Shown here piece by piece: positions 15,365 to 26,656 of a stretch of 41,126 bases of DNA. Location of the stretch: contig JTLS01000030.1 in assembly GCA_000826855.1 (NCBI GenBank), positions 1-41,126 on the forward strand. The letters run 5' to 3'. Made by a program: the position numbers and the translations under genes. Under the pieces are notes generated by a model, which was not told where the DNA came from, did no database searches, and saw only the letters and a program-made list of their open reading frames with translations. The DNA is from Basidioascus undulatus (Eukaryota). Each line of letters starts with the position of its first letter. Position 1 is the stretch's first letter.

Positions 15365-16289
15365 ATGGCAGTCGCAACAGCTCCAGTCCAAACGCGCACG
15401 CTCACCGTCGTTTATCCCACTTCAAACGATGATCCATCGCATCTCTGCGACATCGTCGATGCCTCTGTCGTCGATCCATCTCCGCTCTACAGCGTTTTCC
15501 TCGTCCCCAATCCTTTGAACGTGCCATCTGCCCGTGTCCGCGCGACGGTGACCATTCGGAGGTTCATCGCCGAAGTCGATGAGATTGCGAGGATGAGCAT
15601 TGGGTGGGAGGGGCTGGGAAAGTCGTGGCTGGAGGGTCGGGGAGATGTCGAGAGCGGGGACTTCTGGGTCCGGGAGAAGCGCAAAGGGGTCCTCGAGTAC
15701 GTTCAAGTGTTATATGTCCAGAGAAACACGATTCAAAGACCAAGCTGATGTGCGTTCATGCGGAGCAGGTCAGATCAACTCTTTCAGTGCGCCCAAGGGC
15801 GAGAGCTACTCTGGCGCCTATCCGACGACGAGGCTTCCCTCAAGGTACTTTTTGATTTTCTAGTCAGCTCCGAACTGATTTGCAGTAGGCTGAATATGTT
15901 TCCTTTTGCGATATTGTACCACGCAGTGCTACCTTTTCAGCTCCCCGCTGCCCGCCTATCCTTCCGCCATCTACACTCTTCCATGTCGCGCTCGGCCACG
16001 CTCGCCGGTCTGCCTGTTCCCGAGCCGCCGTCGGACCAGCCGCGAGCGTGTCATTCCGGGCAAGCTCGAAATCTTCTTCGACGCCCCGTCGCTGGACGAG
16101 ATCATCACCAGTCTCGTTCGGGCGACCGTGCATAGCCAAAGGGCGGGTTGGTGGATGCGCCCTCGGACAGAGTGGAGCGTGCTGCGCGATGCCTGGGTTG
16201 AGCTGCGTCAGGAGCGCGCAGCCGAGAAGGCGAGGGAGGAAAGGGCGACAAAAGCGAAGGGCAAAGAGAAGGAGCTGGATCGGGCTTAA
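15365..16289 (+). CDS. Hypothetical protein (3 exons)
   Basis: ATG in CACC context. Two GT-AG introns join MAVATAP...KGVLE|SDQLFQ...ASLK|CYLFSS...KLEIFFDAPSLDEIITSL...ELDRA* in frame. Confidence 0.6.
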
Positions 16290-16879
16290 GGGAACGGTGG
16301 TAGGAGTTGGTAGGAGCTGAGTGTTGTGAGAGAGTGGAGCCGAGCTTGGAGTATCTGCGAATGAATGTAGTCGACAATGATGCCTTGGCGGGTGCGTAGG
16401 GAGTCTTTTAGCTACCGTCCTTGCTGTGCATTGACGCCTCACTACTTGGAATGGCGAACTGCATTCGGATATGAGTGTGCGTGAGGAAGGGATATAAACT
16501 CTGTACTCGATGAACACCTACTCGCAGTCACGTTTTTTGGAATTGTCGTTTTACTGGGCTTCAGTCTGTCAAAAGAGATCGCTTTGACAGCGATGTTGAC
16601 GGGAAGCGGCAATGCCGGCGTTCTGTAGGTTGTAAGTTTCACTTCGAGGCTGCAACGCTCTACGGTGAGTTATAACGCAAAGAGAGCAACGGCTCAAAGA
16701 GACAACGTAGCCGGTAACTCCCGGGCTGTGCATCACGTACACGTTCAAAAAAGCTTGACACGAGCGTGGAGTGCACTCAGTGGGTTCCACCAAGTTCCAC
16801 TTCCCGCAAGACTCTTACAGGCCCTCCGGAAATGTTTACAAACCTCAAGACAGCTTCACGAGTAGGCGTAAAATGCGAT

Positions 16880-19800
16880 TCATGCCTCAGTCTCGATCTC
16901 ACCGCCAGCCCCTCGATTGTGCAAGCTGACCCGGCCGCGAGCCTTCCGAATAGATCTGCGCAGACTGCTTGCTACCTGATCAGGCCCAACAAGGGCGTTA
17001 GAAAACGCCCCTGGGCTTGTCGCAGAGTGGACTCACCCAGCGTGCGCTGCGGGCAGGTTTGAACTGGTAGATACCCCGTTGCTCTTGATGGAGCGCCTGT
17101 TTGTCCCAGCCATCGGTATACGTGTGCCCCAAAGATAGCATGAATAAAAGTCACCTTGCGTTTCTCTTGGCGGCTTATGGGCTGAGAACGGGAGCGAGAT
17201 TCGTCCGCTGCTCCAGAGTCATCCGGCTCGTCCCCATAGTCTGAATCACGATCTGATTCCCCGTCCACATCCCTCGACGATGAGGACTCATCATCGTCGT
17301 CTTGGCATACTTGCTTCCGGCGATACGCGAGCGGATCTGGAGCATTGCCGGTTAGACGAATCGGCAGTCTCGAGAGTCGCGCTTGCCCGTCAGGCGTACC
17401 TCGATTACGGTCCACGTCCGTGTACTAGCAGCAGTAGAAGGTGAGAATCAGCTCCATAAAATCATGGGGAGGACAATCTTACCTCGTTGATGAAGTCCCC
17501 GACAGTCGAACGCAGCCCAGATGTCACCGCGCACTCCCACGCCTCCATGACCTCCTCTGCGTCCTTGTCGTCCGAAAACTCGCCGTGCGTCTTACCCAGT
17601 CCGCTCTTAAACCGCAAGTCGCTGGTTATTCGGGTCGTAAGATTCGCCTCAAAGTGTTTTGAAACATCAGAACACGCACATCTCAAGGTAGCCAACGAGC
17701 TTAAGTCCGAGCTTTCGTACGTCCTCTTCGCCTGAAGTGTACTCCTGCTGGACGCGGTGAAACCTGAGAGCAAGTCAGACGCATGCGGCAAGGCGCGAAG
17801 TAATCAACGTACTGTTCCTTATCGCCAGTCCAGATCGGCAGGCGCAGGTTCCGGTACATTTCATTCTAGTGTTCACTCCCCGTTAGCGGAGGAAAAGCAT
17901 GACCGAGCCACCGCGAACGAACGCACATCGCTGAGGTCCCGAAGCCAGATGACAGCGATTGCTCGAGCAGTCCCGCTGAACGTGTGACTATCGACGTGCT
18001 ATTAGCACGGAACTGCGCTTCAGGAAGGACTCGGCGTACGTGTGGAACTCAATGGAGAAAGCGCTGGCATACCGCCGCTTCACGGGCAGACTGAAACGTT
18101 TCCTAGGTCAAATCTTTGCCGTGCTATTTTCTGCTTAGAGGACGCACCGAAGCGGAGGTTCCTTCACGGCAACTTTCCATCGGACTTCGGTGAGATCCTC
18201 GGAGTACGTAGCCGAACGAGCCTTCAGCTTGCGCGTGCTCGAGATTGTCTGCATTGGAAGCGGCGTGTCCAGAACTGAGCAAAGACCAAACAGGCAAAGC
18301 AAAAAATGGGCTTACCCGCAAATACAGCCTATTCCAGCCGAACGTCTCAACCGAGAATCTGTCCTCAGTCTGGAAGTCTTTGGCGATGATCTGCTCGGAG
18401 TGGATCTGCAGCGTGCCGACCTGTTTCGCGAATTTCGGCACCGTAAGCCAAAATTTCTTCCAGAAGCTGATGCGCGATGGATACCGTACATCCCAACCCA
18501 GAAGAGGCCTCTCGAGCTTGAGGTCGACAGAGCGGAACAAGATGGACAGGCGGATGCGACCGGTACCGACGCCTGGAAGTCCGCGTATAAGCTGGCACGC
18601 AGGGACACTAGCGCTGAGTGAGCCGACATACCTCCGGTTAAGGGATAGGAATTCGTGAGCTGTGAGCTGTTCTTGAAGATCTCCGACAGCTTGAGCGGAA
18701 CAACGCCTAGACTGCACCCGTGCCGCCCCACTGTCTCAGTATGCATCTTTTAGAAGGTAGTCGGTTGTTTGCGGCCAGCACGGACATGGGGTCTGACTTT
18801 ATGCGATGAAGAAAGGGAGACACTTGTCAACTCAGTTGGACCAAAAGCAGCCGCCGCGGTAATGGACTTACCTCTCGAAGGCGTGAATCACGAGCGACGA
18901 CCATGACTGCCCCGCAAAGTGCTCGTTAGCCTGTGCGATTATCCTGGTCTGACTGCAGCTGCGCTCACCCATTGTGGTGCGCCAGTCCGTGATGAAGCGC
19001 TCGGTGCCGGCATTGAAGAACTGCAGTTATCCATCAGCAGGTTGCCAGTGCGCAGCACCGCAGTCGAGACTTACAGGAGCATGAGAGAAAGGTTTCGAAC
19101 TGGAAGAAGATGTATCAGGTCTAAGAACCCTTTTGTGAAACAAGTGAAGACCTACCGTGTGCGGTAGATGGTCTATATAATTTAAGGGAGCAGGTCAGCA
19201 CGATTGCCTCCGGAGTATGGGCGTCGAGGAATCTGACCTGGTCGTTGAGCAGGATGTCGCCTGCAGATCAAAAAGAAGGTTTGTGATACTTTCTCTCGAT
19301 CTATGGAAGGTAACAATGATACTCACAGTACGCGCTTGGCGCCTTGTCCTCCTCCTCAGTCTCCTTGTCACAGGGGTCCTGTCCCCTCGAGCCGGACCTG
19401 CTTTGGCTGGTCCCGTACGACCTTTCAGTATCTCGGAGCTTTCAGATCAATGCCGTCCATTAGCGCGCTGCGCTTCGACAAGCCAAAAGACGTCAAAGGA
19501 GATGGAGGACCAACCTCGAGCTGTGCGATCGAGTGGACTTGGATCGAAAGAATGCCTGGCGAGTCGACGATGAGAGGCGTCAGACATGCAGAGATCCAAT
19601 GCGGCATATGAAAAAAACGTACCGCTCGGGTGTTCAGGATCCGGTCTTGTCCGCTGCACAGCGCCGCCGTCCTCTATCTCCTTCTTGTGCCCCTCGTCCA
19701 TCTCGAACTCGCGCTCGTACTTCTTCCTCACATCGGGGTCGACGAACCTGTCCTCATGATTTCATCAGCATCCCGGGTCTCGTATTCTGTCTCTCCGGAA

Positions 19801-21404
19801 GGGGCAAGTTGGTCCGCTCACGGGTCCCTCCCGTCCGTGTGAAGCTCGCTTCGGAGGTCGGCCTTGGGGTGGAACGAGACGGTCCAGTTGAGATGGCCCT
19901 CGCGCGACGTGCCTGCTTTGACGCCCTCCAGCGGCGTGCGGTTCCGGTAAATCTTGCCCGGCTTGCGCAGGAGCGTTTCGAGCGAGAAGCAGGCTTTGCC
20001 GAGGCTGTGCGGGGTGCGACCGGAGCACATCAGCAAACGGGTTTCGGCTGCACTGGGGAAGCGGAATAGATAGAGAGACGAGGATACACCGATCATCGGC
20101 AGTGTACCGATCCGAGTCCCATACCGTGACCTGGACGTCCTCCTGCGAGCGCACAAGCTGCGGTCCCCAACACCATCGTTATCAGCCGCTGGAAGACCCT
20201 CAATCGGTACAGCATGCCCTCCTTACCTCCGGGCGGATGATGATCGCGGCGGACTCTTCCCAGAGCGGGTTGAGGTCGTCGACGATCACACGCGTGCTGT
20301 ACAGCGGCTTGCCCTGCTTGCTCCACTCGATCGTGCAGTACGGATCGGAGCTCCCGCGCATGTCGCTCTTCTCAAGACTGCGCATACAGGTCTCATTAGC
20401 CTCATACATCGCGTCGTCCTGCTCCACTTTCAGGGGATTAAGCGAGGGACATACTTCTCTGCACCGTGGATGCGCAGGAGGATGACACCCAGCGCAGTCG
20501 TCTCCCGCTGCAATAACGTCCATGCCCACCGTCAGCCACCAGCACATCCCTGTAAAGCAGACCGCACATCCTGCAAACGCACCTTAATATCGTCGTCGAG
20601 CAGCATCTTCTGCACATCAACCGTGTAAGCTGCCCACCAACCAATCCTCGTCAGCTTCCACTTAGCCGCTGCCCGGAACTGCACGCATCCTCACATGAGG
20701 GCGCGCAATACTGCGCCATCGCAGCGCATATCGACGAGTCTATAAACCCGGAAATGACTGGGACCCGCGCACGATCCCACATCAGCACTCGATGACTCCC
20801 CTTTCGTTCTCCCCACCCTCACGAAGACGCACCAGGCAGCCGCATAACGTTGACGAGGTGCTGGTTAAGGGGAACAGCCGAGAAGTCCACCTTTTTCAAC
20901 CCCAACCTAGTTTCAGCCTACAAGCAGGAACAAAAGCGAGCAAGAGGCGAATAGAAAAGACCCACCCGGGGAAGACCCATAAACGACAGCGTCGCGTGCT
21001 TCACGAACGGCGGGTCCGAGATGATCTGCAGTCGGACGCGCGCCGTCCCGACCAGCCCGCGGAGCTCGACATAGACAGGCAGGTCGATGTCGAGCAGCTT
21101 CTTGACACCCAGGTAGAAGTGGATTAGGAGGTGCGCGTTCCGCGCTTTGGTCGACGCCTGAGCGCCGGAGGGGCGCGCACGGTAGGCGAAGGAGACTTCC
21201 ATGTTCTGCCGCCGCGGACAGGAACAGTGCAGTGTCAGATTGTCCAGCGGACAGGACTACAAGTGGAATAGGAGAGAAGACGAGAAAGGAAAGGCAGACG
21301 CACCACATACTCGCCCCCCTGCTCCTCCTCGATGCGTGCCCCGTTCCTGTGCGCCTCCCCATCCTGGGACTCGCCCTCGTCAATCTCACGCAGGATCCGG
21401 ACAC
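16880..21404 (-). CDS. Mug190-like SMP + tandem C2 domain membrane-contact protein; 5' part not found (possibly truncated)
   Basis: Spliced: GVRIL...EYVNMEVSFAYRA...NAHLLIHFYLG...LPVYVELRGLVGTARVRLQIISDPPF (SMP). C2A: SSDPY...KPLYSTRVIVDDLNPLWEE...VWDSDRYTADD. C2B: PSAYC..LLNDQ..YRTR..PFFNAGTERFITDWR...DPILGVVPLKL...GTGRIRLSILFRSV...LGWD. Ends ...EIETEA* (TGA 16880-16882). First recognisable exon starts at acceptor 21405. Confidence 0.8.
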
Positions 21405-22479
21405 CTGAAATGTAGATGTCAGGGAAGGATGAGCGGAAGGTGGCTTGAGTGAAATGGGGAGGCTGGTTGGTTGAGGATCGGGAGAGGAGGGCGGATCTGG
21501 CATGCTGGGTTGGGGAATGGGAAGCCGGTTGATGGTGGTGGTGATGGTCAACAGCAAGGTGGTCTCCCGAAATTAGTGATTGTATGAGGACCTGGGGCAG
21601 CGTCACTCCACAGGCTCCGGTGCCGACGGTACGTCAGGTACAGGAGTGAGCGGAGGATGCCGAGCGGTTTGAGGCTCATCTCTAAACCTGGCTTGTACGC
21701 TTTTAAAAGACTGCCAATTGCGCAGGTGGTCATGTGTGCGATGTCAACACCCAAGAAAAGCTGAGAACTCCGGCGGAGACCTTCACGGAGACGAGGATCT
21801 GCGAGTTGCCTCGCTCGCTCAATCCGTCTTGGCTCAGCGAGCGTTGTCAGTCGAAACTTTCCAACATATCCTCATTCTCTACATCCCCCATATCCAGCTT
21901 TGTCGTCTACATTATTTCCATACCGTCTATGACTCCTGCCCACAAACACACCAAGGCACACGACCATGTCTTATAGGTCTTCTTGAGCAAGCAAAAATGA
22001 CGTCACCTTTCAAGCGCTGTTCAAGCGGTTTCAAGCAGCTTCATCTGAGAGTCACTCAAGACCTCTAGATCTATGAGACCTCCTCTGGGTGATGATGAAG
22101 ACCTGTTTTGAACTGAGTAGACTTGAGGGGATCAAGAGTTGCCGATGGGTAGTTCCCGACGCTGCAAGGCGCAAGTACTTACCATAAGATGTTTGCCCGC
22201 AACAGTTACTCTGCACTGCAACACCCCCCTCACCCTAGTCAGCGGAGAATGAAGGTCTGGTTTTCTTACCCTACAACTGATGGAATGAAATGATGCATAC
22301 AGTGTGTGAAGTAAAAAGAAGCAAATGCGAGAGTTGGCGGGTGCCGTCTGGCCTGTATGGACAGTCCGCGGACATCCGCCCTCCTTCTCGCACGCCTCGA
22401 CGACGCGTCGTCCCCTCCCTGCCTCTCTCCTTCCTCACCACCCCTTCGTCTTCCTTCTACGCTCATCCGCCCCGCCACC

Positions 22480-23070
22480 ATGTCCAACAACAACGCCAAC
22501 GACGCATCTTCCTCCACATCCGCGGCGAACAACAACAACAAGTCCGCGGACAAGCAGCCGGTGGACAAGGCTGCCGCGGAGGACGAGAACAAGAAGGACC
22601 TCCAGCAGCTGGGCGCACTCGAGGAGGACGACGAGTTTGAGGAGTTTGAGATTGAGGGTAGGTGGCTTCGCTGTTGAAGATGGAATATGGGAGGCGGCTG
22701 CTGATGAGTGGTACAAACAGACTGGAAGGACGAGGACACGGACCTGGCGCAGATTGGGGCGAGCAAGGACAAGCTCTGGGAGGACTCGTGGGATGATGAC
22801 GAGTGCGTGGTTCCTTCCACCCCTCCTGAACAAGCCTGTGCTTCGAGACTGACCGCAGAGCCGGTGCTGGGAGCAGCCAGGACGACGACTTCAGCCATCA
22901 GCTGCGGTAAGTGCTCCTCAGCAGGGGTGGCGGGCCAGCTCGTCGTCACTTCCTCCTGCTGCCCGTGAGTGTGGGGTAAACGAAGGATGTGTGCTGATAT
23001 TCTTCTTGGATCTGAATGCAGGGCGGAGCTGGAGAAGCAGAAGAACGCGGGGACCGCGATGGTGCAATGA
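22480..23070 (+). CDS. SEM1: 26S proteasome subunit Sem1/Dss1
   Basis: Four exons give ...LGALEEDDEFEEFEIE|DW...KLWEDSWDDDD|QDDDFSHQLR|AELEK...VQ*, the DSS1/SEM1 signature. Confidence 0.93.
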
Positions 23071-24562
23071 GCCGGTCGGCCGCGCCTGAGGAGGAGGATG
23101 ATCGAGGTGCATGGACGAACCTGACAAGGCGCAGCGCGCGGCGTGCCGTACTTGACGTCGATCGCTTTACCCGCACCGCTAACGTCCCGCCCGCCCTCCG
23201 CGTTTACCGTTGCGAGACTTCGATCGTCTCATCCTCGCTTCGCTCGATCCTCTTCGAACCCACGCTCGTTATCCCCACAGCGTTGCGCGTATCTAAATTG
23301 ACCGTCCGCGTGCAGACCACGTCGCTGCTGATTGTCCGCCGCACCGCCGCAAGCGTGCTTCGAGCGCTAACGGTATCGCAGGTCGACTTTGCGCATCCGT
23401 GCCACCCCGTTTTCCCTCAGCCAACGTCTCCACTGAGCGTGGGAGCCTTCTCGACTGAGGCGTGCTCAGCTGACTAGGAGGTATCGCGACGAGTTTCAAA
23501 CCAGCGCATACGGTTCACGTCGCAAATCATGCGAAGCGCGCCCGTCTACACCCGCAGGCGTACTGGCTAGGGGATGGTTTCCATTCGTGCCTAGTCGCGG
23601 TCCGTATCCGACCAACCTTTGGTCGACGAGCTTCACAGGCAACGTCCCATCGTGCATCTTGTACTTCTCATCATCATGGCATCGTGGACTCTTCCTTCTG
23701 TCTTACGCTCAGCGATCCTCCCCCTTCTCAACCCTTCATCCTCGCGCTCTCGCCAAAACTGCTCGTCCATGCGCGCGCCACCGAAGTGTGCCCGGAGCGG
23801 GACAGCTGCGACCTGCTGGCATGACCCAATACGTGTCTGGGCTTTGAGTGCCTCGAGGAAGCGACCATCAGGACTCACCTCGACTGGTTCGCATATGCGA
23901 ACTAGCCTGTTACGGAACTCTTTCAGGCTGGCGATGATTATACAAAGTACCCCTGTACGGTATGATAATGGGGTGTTTGCCATCCTTGTCTTGGTTCCCA
24001 ACGTTACAACTACAACAGAAGAGGTTGGTAAAGCCGCCTGTCACTCTCAGAATTCCCAATGCTTAGACCGCTGGCGGTGCAAAAGTAGGGTACCGACAAA
24101 CATGTTCGTCGGCCGGGGGCGTACAGACCCACAGCACCCTGCAACATGCTCGGCATAGACACTTCTCCCTTACTCATACCCAATTTTGCAGGCACACGCA
24201 CAGGAATGTCTTGCACCCATCTTTTTATATCCAGAAAATATATAGTCTGTATAGACTCCCTCTCGCAGTAAGCTTTACATAGATAAACTAGCGGAACGTC
24301 CCGCTGCTCAGTGTTCCGCCATCAATATCCAAGGCGAAGTCCCTGGAGAGGTCCCGCTTCCGTGGCCCCCTATAGCAGATCTATATAGACGCATCGGACG
24401 CATCTCTTTGCCTTCCACGTTCCCTCCCTCTTGTTCTCTCGCCTTCCCTTGTGCCTTTTTCTCTCAACAGCGTGCCGGTGAGCAATCGAGCGTAGCTTGG
24501 GCTTTGTGCCGTTTCTCACTGCCGTACGTTGACGGTGATCCGTACAACGCTGCATTTCCAGG

Positions 24563-25362
24563 TCATACTTCTTTCTTTTCGTCTCCTCCCCGCCGCATTC
24601 GCTCTCTTTCGCTGTCCACCTCGGTCCATGCGGACAGCCGCACCTCCCCGCTCAGCGGTGCGCTGACCGTGTCGACGAGCTCCGAACTAAAGCGCCACCT
24701 ACTATACATCGAAGGTGCTGTCGACTTCGTACGTAAACTTTTCAGTCTGGACAGCGGTTGTACCCCCCAGCTGATGAATGCTTTGCTGTCCTTGCATTTA
24801 AACCCGTAGATCTTCGGCCAAACCCCCGCCGCCTAGTTCCACGACTGTGTCCTCGCCATCACCGCCTCGGGGCGCTCGTCGGACGACAGCGGTGTCTACG
24901 TGATCGACTCAAGCTCGATCGAACTCGCATCTTCCCCCGCGAGCGGAACCTCGGAAATGTCTAAAGCTATGATTTGGCAGCGAATACTCTTCCAAAGCAG
25001 AGCCAACCCGGAAGTAGAGGAATTGGAAGTCGTTGAAGAATCGCTTGATCCCAGTAAGATTTTTCTATATCAGCTTGCTTCGCCGGTTGGCGGGACGATA
25101 ATGCGCGTTGAATGGAGCGAATTGAGTGTCCAATCGAGGAGCTGCGGGTTCGTTTCCGTCGTGCGCGCCAGCTTCTCTGTCTGCCGCTGCAATTTGAGCG
25201 TGATTGAACCGTAGAGGAGAGGGGTTTCTGCTTCGTTGAACGAGCGCGAAACGAGGCAGAGTACGCCAGCGTGGGCGAGTCCCTCGGGTAAGAGAGCGGG
25301 TGCAACGGCACGCCGACTTCCTCAATGATGAGCCTGTGAATTTCGATGGGGAATTCCGGGAC
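24563..25362 (-). pseudogene. Degenerate F-box-like protein gene, paralogous to 856-1524
   Basis: PEFPIEIHRLIIEEV..PLHPLSYPRDSPTL / VLCLVSRSFNEAETPLLYGSITL, joined by a frameshift, with stops downstream. Confidence 0.55.
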
Positions 25363-26317
25363 AGTGATTCGGAGGGCGAAGCGGTGCGTGGTTCGAAAGG
25401 AAGCAGAGCAAGAGGCGTGGTCAGAAAGAGCTATAGCCGTGGTGCGGGGATGGTGATGCTGAGGTGGCAACGGGCTGGGCGGCGAACGCTCATCCTAGTC
25501 ACATGCCGGATGCCGGGTCAACTATACACGTATGGCCAGGCGACTTCGGTAGATAAAATCAGAGCCTTTAAACCAAAGTATTTTTGGTACACCTTAAGGA
25601 TAGCAACCTCAGACGTACCACGCCCGTACAAGTCGATGGGAGAGTAGAATAGGTTGCCAGCGGCTCTGCGGTTCTGGGTGTTGTTAGAGTGTTTACAGTC
25701 AAAATGTCTAGTAATCTACCAACCAGGACAATTCCCCTGCAGATCTAACTGGTTCTGCATCTTGATAGAGCACACAAACAGGGGAACGGCGATTCATGAA
25801 CAGGGCTGAAAGCATCGTCGTTGCCATTCCCCCCCTTCAGAGCTCCTACTCCCGGTCCCCCCAGCGTCCCATTGGATATTAGAAAAGTAAAAGACCAGCT
25901 GGATGACCTTCCAGCATATGATCTATGCATGCCATCATAGCTGGCTAGCTGCAGCGCTGCCCTCTTGCAATTGCAGAGCCGCCTGCGCTAGTCTCGCAGC
26001 TCGGCTCTCATTTCTAGCTTCTTGTGACTTGTGATTTGCGCCTGTACCACTCATTTCCAACTAACTTGCTGAGATACTCAGGCCCCGCTGTGAAGTGTTA
26101 GTCAGAAGTCGCGCCCGGCTCGCCGAGCACTCGCCATTCTTCGTTTCAAGCTCCACGCATAGGCACGTCCTCGTGGTCTGCGTCCTGTCTTGTCTTGTCC
26201 AGTCTCATTATGGTTATGGTACGTGATAGACTTGACAAAACCACGTGGCACGCTCGATTGCAGTCCTCACTGTGGCTAGATGAGCTCTGGTCTGTTATAC
26301 CACAATATTTTGGGCGG

Positions 26318-26323
26318 TATAAG
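26318..26323 (+). promoter_or_regulatory. Candidate upstream TATA-like element for the permuted tRNA
   Basis: TATAAG inside an AT-rich patch about 50-65 nt upstream of the tRNA 3' half. Function is inferred only. Confidence 0.3.
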
Positions 26324-26383
26324 GTTTATGTATTTCGTAGCGTAATTTACCGTCACCACAATCATAAGCGAGTGGGAGTCGAG

Positions 26384-26456
26384 ATCAGGGGGTTGCAGGT
26401 TCGATCCCTGCGTCGGTCACGGCCGGCTGGCTCAATGGTAGAGTATCTGACTACGA
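26384..26456 (+). tRNA. Circularly permuted tRNA-Arg(ACG): 3' half (nt 38-73) at 26384-26419, 1-nt spacer, 5' half (nt 1-37) at 26421-26456
   Basis: Acceptor stem GGCCGGC (26421-27)/GTCGGTC (26412-18) plus discriminator A. D arm GCTC-AATGGTA-GAGT. Anticodon stem TCTGA (26446-50)/TCAGG (26385-89) with loop CT-ACG-A|A. Variable loop GGGTT. T arm GCAGG-TTCGATC-CCTGC. All four stems pair fully (with G-U pairs) once the halves are swapped. Confidence 0.88.
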
Positions 26457-26457
26457 C

Positions 26458-26463
26458 TTTTTT
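26458..26463 (+). terminator. RNA polymerase III oligo-T terminator
   Basis: T6 run two nt after the tRNA 5'-half anticodon loop. A longer T-run follows at about 26507-26516. Confidence 0.65.
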
Positions 26464-26656
26464 GCTCCTTGTTGCTCTTGCATTTTCATGTCCGAGATGT
26501 TGTTCCTTTTTTTTTTCTTTTGATCCTGGCCGAACCTACGGTCAGAAGCGCGCCCACAGTGTTAAGCTGCTGCTCAAGCACCGTGCGACAATGGAACGTT
26601 AGATGAACAACCCCCAGGCGCAAGAAGTGCGACAAGAGAATCGCAACGCCGAACGC

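Noticed and set aside
22008..22040. Short TTCAAGC direct repeats
   Set aside because: Too short and irregular for a CRISPR-like or satellite array.
23100..24216. Coding-like minus-strand stretches with some splice signals
   Set aside because: I could not assemble a continuous frame or recognise a family.
26421..26560. Ordinary intron-containing tRNA-Arg starting at 26421
   Set aside because: No 3' half or T-arm downstream, and a T6 terminator follows immediately. The matching 3' half is upstream.
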